A stretch of 64,000 bases of DNA from an uncultured Nitrospirota bacterium (GCA_947259355.1 CAMYMF010000013.1:874-64873); one strand, 5' to 3'. Counted from the stretch's first letter, positions 19,647 to 29,063 are shown. Made by a program: numbers and translations. Notes: generated by a model from the sequence alone, not told the origin.

Positions 19647-20237
19647 ATGAAACGGGCTGCAGTATTTCTGGACCGTGACGGCACCATCAATGAAGAGGTG
19701 GGCTACCTGCGCGAGCCCGGCGCGCTCATACTCATCGACGGGTCCAGCGAGGCCGTCCGGCGAATCAATGAGGCCGGATTCTCCGCGGTACTCGTGACAA
19801 ACCAGTCGGGCATTGCCCGAGGCTATTTCACGGAAGCGATGCTTGAAGTGATTCACGCGCGACTCTGTGCTGCACTGGCGGAGGTCGGCGCCTGTCTTGA
19901 TGGCATCTATGTCTGCCCCCATCATCTGGAAGGATCCGTCGCGGCCTATACGCGCAAGTGCGATTGCCGCAAACCGCAGACCGCCTTGGTGAAACAGGCC
20001 GCGCGGGACCTCAATATCGAGCTGTCCGACTCTTACATGGTGGGGGACCATTTCAAAGACATCGAGCTGGCCAGAAACAGCGGGATGCGTTCGGTCCTGG
20101 TCTTAACCGGACACGGACAGGAGGAATGGGACCGAGCCGATGCCGTCATGCGCTCTTGGCCCGATTACGTGGCAGCCAATCTTTCGGGAGCCGTCGACTG
20201 GATTCTGGCGAATCGAAATCGATCTGCTCGGCAGTGA
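19647..20237 (+). CDS. gmhB: D-glycero-beta-D-manno-heptose 1,7-bisphosphate 7-phosphatase
   Basis: HAD motif FLDRDGTIN, VTNQSGIARG, and Zn-binding CPHH...CDCRKP. Confidence 0.85.
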   Translation: MKRAAVFLDRDGTINEEVGYLREPGALILIDGSSEAVRRINEAGFSAVLVTNQSGIARGYFTEAMLEVIHARLCAALAEVGACLDGIYVCPHHLEGSVAAYTRKCDCRKPQTALVKQAARDLNIELSDSYMVGDHFKDIELARNSGMRSVLVLTGHGQEEWDRADAVMRSWPDYVAANLSGAVDWILANRNRSARQ

Positions 20238-20249
20238 CGAGGGATAAAA

Positions 20250-20665
20250 CATACTGCCTGTATGTCGCGGGGACAAAGGGTGAAGCATACCACAAGATAC
20301 CGCAGCGTGAGGCCACCCGAGGTGGCATAGATAAAGTGAAGCGGGGCATGCGACCCGCCAGAGCAAAGCGGAGGCGGAGGAAAGCATAACGCCGCAGATG
20401 CGCTTTTGACGAAGCCGCGGCACAGTCAAAAGATGCAGATGCAAGGCGCACAAGCCGCGAAGAGTGAGGCGTACTATAGGTACGTCGCAGCGACGAGCGG
20501 TGCCGTGCAACGTAGCAGATGCGCTCTTGACGAAGCCGCCCGCGGCACAGTCAAAAGATGCAGATGCAAGGCTTGCAAGCCCTGAGGAGTGAGGCGTACT
20601 GTCCGTACGCCGCAGCGACAAAGGGCGTCGCATAACGCCGCAGATGCACTTTTGACGAAGCCGCC
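20250..20665. repeat. Intergenic structured tandem repeat: about 2.3 copies of a 121-125 nt unit plus a diverged upstream partial copy
   Basis: GCAGATGC(G/A)CT(T/C)TTGACGAAGCCGC starts at 20394, 20515 and 20640. Each full unit carries hairpin CTTTTGAC..GTCAAAAG and hairpin CGTAC..GTACG. The upstream partial copy has CATAC..GTATG. Confidence 0.75.
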
Positions 20666-20680
20666 AGTAAGGAGGAGACG

Positions 20681-20854
20681 ATGGCGCTCAACAAAGACCT
20701 ACTCAACATCCTGGCCTGCCCCAAGTGTAAGGGGGACCTGACACTGACGGAGGCCGAAGACGGGTTGATCTGCCATGCCTGTAAACTTCGCTACCCTATC
20801 CGGGATGAGATTCCCGTGATGCTGATTGATGAGGCCGAAGCGATCGAGGGGTAG
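20681..20854 (+). CDS. Trm112/YcaR family small zinc-ribbon protein (57 aa, below the ORF-track cutoff)
   Basis: My translation is MALNKDLLNILACPKCKGDLTLTEAEDGLICHACKLRYPIRDEIPVMLIDEAEAIEG. It has a GGAGG RBS and CPxC...CxxC with the PIRDGIP-like motif. Confidence 0.75.
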   Translation: MALNKDLLNILACPKCKGDLTLTEAEDGLICHACKLRYPIRDEIPVMLIDEAEAIEG

Positions 20855-20881
20855 TCGAAACCCAGTGAGAGCATTCCGACC

Positions 20882-21931
20882 ATGACCGAAAGCGCGCAGA
20901 ACATCCTGATCCGGGGGGTCAACTGGATCGGTGATGCCGTGTTGACCATTCCCGCCATGCGGAGCGTGCGACGCCGTCTGCCCAACAGCCGCATCACCCT
21001 GCTCATCCAGGAACCGCTGGACCAGCTCTTCGCAAGTTTCTCCGCGGTGGATGGTGTCCAGAGTTTCGTGGTGCGCCCCGGGATACGGGGACTTGCAGAC
21101 CGCGTCGCACTCGCGGGACAGCTCAGACGGGAGCACTTCGACCTTTGTCTGATTCTTCCCAACTCCTTTGATTCGGCGCTGGTACCGTTTCTCGCCGGGA
21201 TTCCTGAACGGATAGGTTTCGACCGGGATGGACGGGGGCTCCTCTTGACGCAGCGGATTGCACCGGTCTTGAAAGGGAGCGGTCAGCATCAGGCCAGAGA
21301 CTATCTGACCCTGCTGGCCCCCTTCGGCTCGGCTGACATCCCGCTCAACTGCCATCTGGAGATCGATTTGAAGGCCCGGCAGTGGGCTGAAAAGACCCTG
21401 GCTTCTCTGCGCCGGACCGTCCAGGGGCCGCTCATCGGCTTCAGCCCAGGCGCCGCGTTTGGTCCGGCGAAGATGTGGTTCCCCGAGCGGTTTGCCGGTC
21501 TCGCCCGTCGCCTGTGCGGTGAGCGGCAGGCCGGGGTGGTGCTGGTGGGAGGGGCATCGGAGAGAGCCCTCTGTGAGGAGATCGGTGCATCGGTTCACGG
21601 CCCCGCTCTCAATCTCGCGGGGCAGACGAGCCTGCCCCAATTGGCTGGATTGCTGGCGCAGTGCGATCTGTTCGTCTCCAATGACTCGGGACCCATGCAT
21701 CTGGCATCGGCCGTCGGCACACGGGTGGTCGCGATCTTCGGTTCCACCGATCCGGCGGCCACCGGCCCGCTCGGTCCGCACGAAATCGTGAAGAAAGAGT
21801 GTGAGTGTGCTCCCTGCTGGGAGCGGGTCTGCCCGCGGGGCGACACCCTCTGTATGCAGCGCATCGAGGTCTCCCATGTTCTGCAGGCGGTAGACCGACT
21901 GCTCCCGCGGCAGCGAGAGGTTCGTCCATGA
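20882..21931 (+). CDS. waaF: Glycosyltransferase family 9, ADP-heptose:LPS heptosyltransferase (II-like)
   Basis: ILIRGVNWIGDAVLTIPAMRSV N-terminus, GAAFGPAKMWFPERF and SNDSGPMHLA motifs. Confidence 0.75.
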   Translation: MTESAQNILIRGVNWIGDAVLTIPAMRSVRRRLPNSRITLLIQEPLDQLFASFSAVDGVQSFVVRPGIRGLADRVALAGQLRREHFDLCLILPNSFDSALVPFLAGIPERIGFDRDGRGLLLTQRIAPVLKGSGQHQARDYLTLLAPFGSADIPLNCHLEIDLKARQWAEKTLASLRRTVQGPLIGFSPGAAFGPAKMWFPERFAGLARRLCGERQAGVVLVGGASERALCEEIGASVHGPALNLAGQTSLPQLAGLLAQCDLFVSNDSGPMHLASAVGTRVVAIFGSTDPAATGPLGPHEIVKKECECAPCWERVCPRGDTLCMQRIEVSHVLQAVDRLLPRQREVRP

Positions 21932-22872
21932 CCGAGTTGAGCATCGTTGTCGTGAGCCACGACTGCAGGGAGCTCCTCCTGGAATGCCTTCAATCGGTGC
22001 TCCGCGCAGCGGAGGCCCTCGCCCTGGAGATCCTTGTCATTGACAACGGCTCGCAAGACGGCAGCGCCGATGCCGTATGCTCCCAATTCCCCCAGGTCCA
22101 ACTCATTCGCAACGAGAGCAACCTCGGCTTTTCGCGGGGTTGCAATCAGGGGCTGCGACGCGCAGTGGGGCGGCACCTCCTCCTGTTGAGCCCCGCCGTC
22201 GAAATCGATCCGGGCGCGCTGGCAGCCATGACCTCCTTCCTGGAGAGTACGCCCGACGCCGGTGCCGTGGGTGCACAACTGAGGGACGGAGACGGACGGG
22301 CCCGAAGGAGTGCCGCCGTCTTCCCAAACCTCCGGACCGAACTGACCCAGGGAACTTTCCTGGCGCGGCTGTTCGCCAAAGGCGATGGGCCTGGCGAGAC
22401 AGCGCCGTCGGGCCCCACGGAGGTGGACGCTCTGAAAGGGGCCTGCATGATGACGCGGCGGGAGATCGTTCAAGCGGTGGGTTATCTGGATGAAGGCTAC
22501 TTCCTCGATCTAGCGGAGACGGAGTGGTGTCTGCGGGTGCGCCAAAAGGGCCGGCAGATCCTCTTGCTGCCGCACGTACAGATCATTCACCATCTGGAAA
22601 AAGTCCCAGGTCTAAATCCAGCGATTTCCCTCATGGACTACTATCGGTCCCGGTATCGCTATTTTGCGCAGCACCATTCTGGTCGAGACGCCGCACTGCT
22701 CCGGGTCGGCCTCTTTGTGAAACTCTGCCTGCAGTGCACGCAGTCTTTGCTGATGGTACTGGGCACGCTCTTCTTGCACCGGCGGGAAAGGGCGCGTCTG
22801 AAGCTGAGAGGGAGGTTGCTGGCATGGCACCTCAGGGGGTGCCCGGTGCCGCAGATGGATCCTGCCCGGTAA
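21928..22872 (+). CDS. Family 2 glycosyltransferase
   Basis: Start at ATG 21928 (ATGA overlap with the heptosyltransferase). LSIVVVSHDCRELLLECLQSV...VIDNGSQDGS is typical GT2. Confidence 0.8.
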   Translation: MTELSIVVVSHDCRELLLECLQSVLRAAEALALEILVIDNGSQDGSADAVCSQFPQVQLIRNESNLGFSRGCNQGLRRAVGRHLLLLSPAVEIDPGALAAMTSFLESTPDAGAVGAQLRDGDGRARRSAAVFPNLRTELTQGTFLARLFAKGDGPGETAPSGPTEVDALKGACMMTRREIVQAVGYLDEGYFLDLAETEWCLRVRQKGRQILLLPHVQIIHHLEKVPGLNPAISLMDYYRSRYRYFAQHHSGRDAALLRVGLFVKLCLQCTQSLLMVLGTLFLHRRERARLKLRGRLLAWHLRGCPVPQMDPAR

Positions 22873-22952
22873 TGGCCGACGCGCAGACGGCGGCCGTTCG
22901 TCTCCGCCGAACCCGCCTGTTTCACGCCTTGGTTTCAGGTGCCCGGGAAGAT

Positions 22953-23957
22953 TTACGGCTGGGATCCCTGGGGGTTCGAGAGAAGCTGCTCCGCATCCTC
23001 CGAGGACAAGAGCGACTGAGTCATCGTAGAGAGCTGTTGCTCCATCTCGTTCATCATCCGGGGCATCACCACTTTTTTTAGACCGACGTAGGCGCCCGCC
23101 GTCAACACGGCGAAGACCGCGAGCGTGACCATGGCGGGCCGCAGCGTCGGCACGCTTCGCTCCTCCGGTTCCTCCTTGAATGCGAGATAACCCAGCAGGA
23201 TCAGGAAGAGCGGGGGCAGCAGGATGAGCAGACCCCACCATCGGCTGATCCAGAGATTCCCACAGATTCGGATCCAGAGCACCACGAAGAAGAAGAGATC
23301 GAAAAGCACGACGACAAAAAGAAGGAGCGACAGGATCGTACTCGTCGAGAACCCCGGGATGTAGCTCAGCAGCGGCGCCAGGAGGGGAAGACTCCACCAG
23401 ATTGAGAGCCCGGCGGCCTGAACCGTGGGGATAAAGTTCACCGTCGGGATCCAGGACAGCCATGGATGGGGCACCTCTAGTTTGCGACAAATGAGATAGA
23501 GCGAGAGGCTGTAGAGCAAATGGACGAAGAGCCCCAGGGCCACCACCGCAGTAAACAACTTGGCACTCATCATTTGAAAAAGTCCCATCTGCGGCGATGC
23601 GAACCACCCCGCCAGTTGCTGTTGCATTTCCTCCGGACTCGGCCCCTCTTCGCTGGGCACGGAAGCAGCGCTTCCCATGGCCGCCGCAAGATTCCGGGTG
23701 AGCTCCTGGAGTGCCGCGTCGGCTTCGGGTGGCAGGATCGGTTCCTTCACCCGTTCGATTCTGCGCTCGATTTCCTTGACGTCAATGGCTTCCACCGGCG
23801 TTTCAGTTCCGGTCTGCTCCGGGGGATAATCGGTCAGGTGCACCTCCCCTTTGCTGTCCGTCCATTTGTAAACCGTCTTGGCATCCACGGGCTTTTCAAA
23901 GAGAAGAAAAACAAGGAACAACATCCAGATCATGCACGCAATTCGGGGAGGTTTCAT
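22953..23957 (-). CDS. Membrane protein with N-terminal DUF4124-like domain and C-terminal multi-TM region
   Basis: Start chosen at MKPPRIACMIWMLFLVFLLF (ATG 23957). KTVYKWTDSKGEVHLTDYPPE matches the DUF4124 pattern. Several hydrophobic helices follow. Confidence 0.6.
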   Translation of the reverse strand: MKPPRIACMIWMLFLVFLLFEKPVDAKTVYKWTDSKGEVHLTDYPPEQTGTETPVEAIDVKEIERRIERVKEPILPPEADAALQELTRNLAAAMGSAASVPSEEGPSPEEMQQQLAGWFASPQMGLFQMMSAKLFTAVVALGLFVHLLYSLSLYLICRKLEVPHPWLSWIPTVNFIPTVQAAGLSIWWSLPLLAPLLSYIPGFSTSTILSLLLFVVVLFDLFFFVVLWIRICGNLWISRWWGLLILLPPLFLILLGYLAFKEEPEERSVPTLRPAMVTLAVFAVLTAGAYVGLKKVVMPRMMNEMEQQLSTMTQSLLSSEDAEQLLSNPQGSQP

Positions 23958-24327
23958 GGGGTGCCCATCCTCGCTGAGGGTTTTATCGGTATACTTAAAG
24001 TATAAGTCACGCTCCCCGTTTCTGTTAATTCTTTTTTTCAAAAAAAGGTGACTGCTCAGGTTGCTTCTATTTTTCCGCAGGACAAGGCATGAGAAGCGGA
24101 AAACCGGAGGCGTATTTTTCATACGTTGAGGATTTGAGCACCACAACACCTCAAGATACTTTGTTTTAGTATCCGCCGAAGGTGGCATGAATTGTCTAAA
24201 GCGAGTCACGCGACGCTCCGTAACTTTGTTGCGGAGCGGAAAGCGTAACGCAGTCATGCGGGAAAAGAGAGGTGAACGGAGTCGTTATCGGGTAGGCGGA
24301 GGGCTCACGCCCTCCGTCCTCCCACAC

Positions 24328-24362
24328 AAAAAAAGGGAATGCCCTCTGGTGGGGGCATTCCC
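24328..24362 (-). terminator. Intrinsic terminator downstream of the SDR gene
   Basis: Minus-strand RNA reads GGGAAUGCCC-CCACCAGA-GGGCAUUCCC followed by UUUUUUU. Confidence 0.7.
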
Positions 24363-24419
24363 TATCATGATGACGGCGCCGCACGATGGCTTCCGTGCGG
24401 TCCGCCGGGGGGCCGATGG

Positions 24420-25163
24420 CTAGATCCGCATCCCGCCGTCCACTTCGAGCACCCGGCCCGAGAAGAAATCATTGCTGATGATAAACTGAGCGGCTTGGGA
24501 GATTTCCTCCATCCAACCCAAGCGGCCCATGGGGATTTTTCGCACGATCTTTTCGAGAAGGTCCGGCCGTATCTTCTCCACCATTTCGGTGCTGATATAA
24601 CCGGGTGCGATGGCTCCGACGCGAATGCCGTAACGGGAGAGTTCCTTGGCCCAGGTCACGGTCATGGCGTCCACCGCCGACTTGGTCGCCGAGTAATTGG
24701 TCTGTCCCAGGTTCCCCGCCCGGCTGATGGAAGAGATATTGATGATCACACCTCTCACGTCGTGTTTCACCATCTGATAGGCCGCCTCCCGACCGCAGAG
24801 AAAGACCCCGGTGAGATTCACTTTGACGACTTTTTCCCAGTCGGAAAAATCAAATTTCTTAATCTTGCCCGCTTTGCTCTTGATGAGCAACGCGTCCGCC
24901 GTGATGCCCGCATTGTTGATCAACACGTGGGGGGCCCCATGTTCCGCTGTATAGCTTTCGAAGAACTCCTCCACCGCTTGTTCGCGGCTTACATCCACGA
25001 CCTTGCCGGGAATACCATACTTTTCTTGCAGCGCGTCCAAGTTCTCCTGGGACAAATCGATTGCATAGGGCTTCGCGCCGAGCTGCTTCATGTCCACTGC
25101 GTACTGCCGCCCCAGACCTCGGGCGCCCCCTGTAATGACGATATTCTTTCCCGCAATGTCCAC
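24420..25163 (-). CDS. SDR family oxidoreductase (3-oxoacyl/acetoacetyl-CoA reductase-like, PhaB candidate by context)
   Basis: TGGARGLG, NNAG and YSATKSAV motifs. Lies at the downstream end of the PHA locus. Confidence 0.8.
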   Translation of the reverse strand: MDIAGKNIVITGGARGLGRQYAVDMKQLGAKPYAIDLSQENLDALQEKYGIPGKVVDVSREQAVEEFFESYTAEHGAPHVLINNAGITADALLIKSKAGKIKKFDFSDWEKVVKVNLTGVFLCGREAAYQMVKHDVRGVIINISSISRAGNLGQTNYSATKSAVDAMTVTWAKELSRYGIRVGAIAPGYISTEMVEKIRPDLLEKIVRKIPMGRLGWMEEISQAAQFIISNDFFSGRVLEVDGGMRI

Positions 25164-25734
25164 GGAGTTACTCCCTCCTTTCCAGATCCGAGAATATCGG
25201 CCTGCCTTCCCCCCATGGGGAAGGATCTATTCACTGCGCTCCCCCGGCCCCGGCCGTGCGCTGACCGCCAATGATGGGGAGCGATGCAAGCCCAACAGAG
25301 ACACTTCTCTGGGGCGTTATTTTTCGGAACAGTGTGACGAGAGTTCCCGTGCTTATCGCGCCTCCGAGCGTAGGGACTCCCTCTATTTCCCAGTTCAACT
25401 TGCGATGGACCTCGACCAACTGCACTGCAAGGCCTCATTCACCGCTATGCGCTGGTGCCTCCGACAGGGGGCTGTTTTTTCTCAAGAGCCCCCGCGATGC
25501 GTGGATCGGCCGGCGTGGCATCCGCCATAGCCATGGAGCCGCTTTCACGAATCTCCACTGGACGGGCGATGAAGCAGATCCGATTTACATCTCTCCATCA
25601 CAGATGCTTCACCCCGCTCAGAGCCGTCGTAAGGGCCGGCCGGTGGACCGGCGACAACGCACGCGCAGCTCTGGCGAAAGAAGGTGTGTAGAGGCGGAGA
25701 GATCTTCCACCCCTACACTGATCTAGATGCACGC

Positions 25735-26028
25735 TTAGCTTTGAGCCTTGAACATCTCTTGGACCTTCTTGAAGCCGTCTTCCATTGCCTTGCGGTACGC
25801 GTCCTGACCCTTCTTGGCGTTGGCGATGAAGTCGTTGACCATTTTCAGAGCATCATCCTGGACCGACTTGCCCTGCTGAATCATCTCCTTGAGCATCTTT
25901 TCGTTCATGTCCTGGATTTTGGTGACATTATCGAAAGAGGCTTCAAAAGAGTTCTTCATCAACTTCAGCATTTCATCGCTTGCACTTTTCGGATCAAAAA
26001 GAAACCCGGCCTTCTTAGGCGCCGCCAT
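25735..26028 (-). CDS. Phasin-like small protein (paralog 1)
   Basis: Start at MAAPKKAGF.. with a GGAGG RBS. Clear paralog of 29130..29417 (shared ..LKLMK.SFE.(S/A)F(D/E)N..KIQD(M/L)N.K...AKKG...Y(R/K)KA(M/V)EDGFKKV(Q/E)EM). Adjacent to phaC. Confidence 0.55.
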   Translation of the reverse strand: MAAPKKAGFLFDPKSASDEMLKLMKNSFEASFDNVTKIQDMNEKMLKEMIQQGKSVQDDALKMVNDFIANAKKGQDAYRKAMEDGFKKVQEMFKAQS

Positions 26029-26125
26029 ACAATCACCTCCCTTCCCTAGAGAATTTTCCCCGACCGCGTTTGCGCGATCAGTCTGCACGGGCCGCGTCGG
26101 CCGTGCCGCTCCAGTCTTTTAATCC

Positions 26126-27193
26126 TCATCGCCGATGGAGCCAGTCGGCAATGGCCGGGGCCAGTTCCTTCTGGCTCTTGGACCCGACGAAAACACCGAT
26201 ATGCCCGCCCTTGAATTCGTAAAGCTCTTTGTCCTTGCTCCCCACAAGATCATTGAGGGGTTTGGTCGAACTGGGCGGAACGATGTGATCTCCCACGGCA
26301 TAGATATTGAGCAGCGGCATGGTCACCTGCTTCAAATCGACTTTTCGGCCGCCCAGTTCCAACTCTCCCTTAACCAGCTTGTTGTCGCGGTACAGGTCGT
26401 TGAGGAATTGCCGCAAACATTCCCCCGCCTGGGCGGGGCTGTCAAAGATCCACTTCTCCATGCGGATGAAGTTCAGCAGCTGCTCCTTGTCCTGCATGGC
26501 ATCGAGCATGCCCATGTACTTCGTGAGATTGAGGGTGAAGGGCATGAGCATCAGAAATCCCGCATTCAGCAAGTCGCCGGGGACCAACCCGTAGGTGTCC
26601 ACCAATCTGTCGCCATTCATCTTCTTGGACCAGCTGAAGAGCAGCGCGTCGTCGGGGGAAAAGTCGATGGGTGTGACCAGTGTGACGAGATTTCTCACGT
26701 TCTTCGGATGAAGGGACGAATAGATCGTACAGAACGTGCCTCCCTGGCAGATCCCCATCAGGTTAATTGCCTTGCTGCCGCTGCTCTCCCGCACGAAATC
26801 GACACAGTCGCTGAGATACTCGTTGATGTAGTCGTCCAGGGTAATGTAGCGATCCGCCGGCGTCGGATACCCCCAGTCAATGATGTACAAATCGATCCCA
26901 TTGTCCAACAGCTTACGCACGAGACTCCGGTCGGGCTGCAGGTCGAGCATATAGTAGCGGTTCACCAGCGCATAGACCATGAGCACGGGCGTCTTGCAGG
27001 TCGCCTTCTTCTCGGATTGGTACCGATAGAGCCGGACCTTGTCCACCTCGAAGACCAGCTCCTTGGGCGCCGTGCCCACATCGACCTCTTCGATCTCCGT
27101 CAGGGTCTCGGCCGCCCTGAGGAGTTTGACATTCAGCTCCCCGATTTCCTTTACCATGCGTTTGGCATCGAATGCTGCGAAGGTCTCGTTCAT
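26126..27193 (-). CDS. phaC: Class III poly(R)-hydroxyalkanoate synthase catalytic subunit PhaC
   Basis: About 355 aa. Lipase-box variant GICQGG, alpha/beta hydrolase layout, and ATGA overlap with phaE. Confidence 0.9.
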   Translation of the reverse strand: MNETFAAFDAKRMVKEIGELNVKLLRAAETLTEIEEVDVGTAPKELVFEVDKVRLYRYQSEKKATCKTPVLMVYALVNRYYMLDLQPDRSLVRKLLDNGIDLYIIDWGYPTPADRYITLDDYINEYLSDCVDFVRESSGSKAINLMGICQGGTFCTIYSSLHPKNVRNLVTLVTPIDFSPDDALLFSWSKKMNGDRLVDTYGLVPGDLLNAGFLMLMPFTLNLTKYMGMLDAMQDKEQLLNFIRMEKWIFDSPAQAGECLRQFLNDLYRDNKLVKGELELGGRKVDLKQVTMPLLNIYAVGDHIVPPSSTKPLNDLVGSKDKELYEFKGGHIGVFVGSKSQKELAPAIADWLHRR

Positions 27194-28443
27194 TTCTGCC
27201 CCTCCTTTCTGCCTGCCTTCTTGCGCGTCACCGTTTTCCCGGGGGAGGCAGTCTTCTTCTTTTTCACGGCAGGCCTTGCGGCTTTCGCAGCGGTCCTCCG
27301 GGTGGGCTGTTTCTCTTCCATGGCGCTTACCCGGCGCTTCAGCGATGCCATCTCCTGCTGCATCCCGATCATCCCGGCCCCCACCTTCTTCAGCTCCCGC
27401 AGGCTCTTCTTGATGGTATAAATCGTCTTATAGATATCGTCCATTTCGGAGCGCAGGGCGACGGGGTAGTCTGAGAGGAACAGCTCCATCAGTTTGTAAA
27501 AATGGCTTCGCACATCGAGGGCGGCGTCGAGGACCGAACCCTGAAGCCGTGCAAAATCCTCTGTTTTGAAGAGGGCAAGATACTCCTTCTCCTGCACGGA
27601 GGTCCACAGCTCAAAGAAGTCTTCAAAACCTGCGACTTCGCCATTGCTTGTGAGCTTTTCGGCACAGGCGCCGACAACTTTTTCCATGGCCCGCTGTCCG
27701 GTGGAGACAATGGTGTGCTGGTACTCCGTGTTTCTCGCGAGAAATACGGCATATTTGTCGAGCGTCTTGAGCAGCAACTCGATCTGCTCCCGGTCTTTAC
27801 CGACGGCCGGGATCTTGAAGGCCTTGCCGAAAGTGCTGTCAAAAGCGGCGTAGACATTGTGAAGGATCTCCATGCTTGCGTCGGCATCTCCTGCGGCCAT
27901 CCCTGTCAGTGCATCCACATTCTTTGCCATGGCCTCGGACCAGGGCCTCAGCAGGAGCTCCCCTTTGGCCCCCCAGGTTTCCACGAGACTCGAGGCCTGG
28001 GTCACAAACTCATTGAGGGTTTCCGCGGCACGGAAGCCGAAGATTTTGTTGAGCAGCTCCGCGTATTTCGATGGATCAAATACATCCTTGAAGGCGTCCC
28101 CCGACAGGGCCCTTTCCTGAAGGGCTTTCACCATGGGCGCCCAGTATTCGTAAAGCCAGACGTAGGTGTCGGCCGTGCCGAAGAGCTTCGACATGGTGTC
28201 CTGCGTCGCCGAAAGGGGATTGCTGTTCAGGACGCTGTCAAAGTACTTTCCAAAGGTCTGCCGCCAATGCCGATAGAGACCGAAAAGATCCGCGGCATCC
28301 GAAGTAGCGCCCGCGGCAAGATCGATCCCGCGCAGCGCCTGCTGAAATTTCTCCGTGACATCCGTCCACGTGTCAAAATAATCTTTCTGGCTTTTCACCC
28401 ACGCATCGAACACCGATGCATTCTTGTCTGCCGATTTGCCCAT
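27190..28443 (-). CDS. phaE: Class III PHA synthase subunit PhaE, with a lysine-rich C-terminal tail
   Basis: N-terminus FDAWVKSQKDYFDTWTDV is PhaE-like. Translationally coupled to phaC. The last ~40 aa are KQPTRRTAAKAARPAVKKKKTASPGKTVTRKKAGRKEGQK. Confidence 0.7.
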   Translation of the reverse strand: MGKSADKNASVFDAWVKSQKDYFDTWTDVTEKFQQALRGIDLAAGATSDAADLFGLYRHWRQTFGKYFDSVLNSNPLSATQDTMSKLFGTADTYVWLYEYWAPMVKALQERALSGDAFKDVFDPSKYAELLNKIFGFRAAETLNEFVTQASSLVETWGAKGELLLRPWSEAMAKNVDALTGMAAGDADASMEILHNVYAAFDSTFGKAFKIPAVGKDREQIELLLKTLDKYAVFLARNTEYQHTIVSTGQRAMEKVVGACAEKLTSNGEVAGFEDFFELWTSVQEKEYLALFKTEDFARLQGSVLDAALDVRSHFYKLMELFLSDYPVALRSEMDDIYKTIYTIKKSLRELKKVGAGMIGMQQEMASLKRRVSAMEEKQPTRRTAAKAARPAVKKKKTASPGKTVTRKKAGRKEGQK

Positions 28444-28542
28444 CTGATCCCTCCCGCTCCGTTGGGCGTCGCCCCAAGCGGCATGCCCCCTATGGACCCG
28501 TTGCCCCCGACTGTGAGCAGCCCGTGATCCGTCTCGGAAATC

Positions 28543-28980
28543 CTAGGATTTATCCTGAGGCGGTTTGAACAGCTCGATAAATCCCTTGGCCATCTCTTTG
28601 CTGAGGGCCATCTGTTTTTCCATCACAGTTGTCCAGGCCTGCTGAACTTTCGCGCTTCCCTCGGAGAAGACCTTCAGGTTCAACTCCTTCATGGTTTGTT
28701 TGAGCGCCTCATTCTCTTTCTTGAGCGCCTCGTTTTCCTTAACCGCTGCATCGTATTTCTGCTTGGGAACGAAACCGAGGCCTGAGTAAAAAGAGGCCAT
28801 TTGCTCGAACATCTCCGAAGCTTGGGGGTGCAGCTTCTCCTTCTCCGCACTCTGATGCCAGAACTTCCGGGCCGCTTCCAGCCCTTCCTGCTGCATCTTT
28901 ACGAAAAAATCGAAGAACCCTTTTTGATACTGCGGATCGCTCCAGAGATCCATGATTTTCCGGATGATCTCTTCGTTCAT
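28543..28980 (-). CDS. Coiled-coil protein, putative PHA-granule associated
   Basis: Contains a KENEALKKENEALKQTMKEL heptad repeat. Assignment is by position between phaE and the second phasin-like gene only. Confidence 0.45.
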   Translation of the reverse strand: MNEEIIRKIMDLWSDPQYQKGFFDFFVKMQQEGLEAARKFWHQSAEKEKLHPQASEMFEQMASFYSGLGFVPKQKYDAAVKENEALKKENEALKQTMKELNLKVFSEGSAKVQQAWTTVMEKQMALSKEMAKGFIELFKPPQDKS

Positions 28981-29063
28981 CTGCCCCTCGTGTAGCGTAC
29001 CACCCTCTCGCCGTCACGGCGAGACGGTAGTCTTTTTACGCAGAATACTCGAATACCGTTGAT

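Noticed and set aside
20250-20665. Possible CRISPR array
   Set aside because: The repeat unit is about 121-125 nt with no unique spacers between short repeats. There are no cas genes, and the copies are contiguous tandem duplications.
20699-21877. 392-aa minus-strand ORF antisense to the heptosyltransferase
   Set aside because: The plus frame carries GT9 motifs. In addition, the small Trm112-like gene and its RBS occupy the plus strand at 20681-20854.
25164-25734. 570-bp gap between the SDR gene and the phasin-like gene; looked for ncRNA (RNase P, tmRNA, SRP, 6S) signatures
   Set aside because: I found none of the conserved motifs I know for those RNAs. There is only a GGGGGCT-N12-AGCCCCC hairpin without a U tract. 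The listed ORFs here are Arg/Pro-rich and unconvincing. It is left unannotated.
26135-28527. Two long plus-strand ORFs (428 aa and 341 aa) across phaC and phaE
   Set aside because: They are antisense to phaC (GICQGG lipase box) and phaE. Their sequences are low-complexity and Leu/Val/Gly/His-rich.
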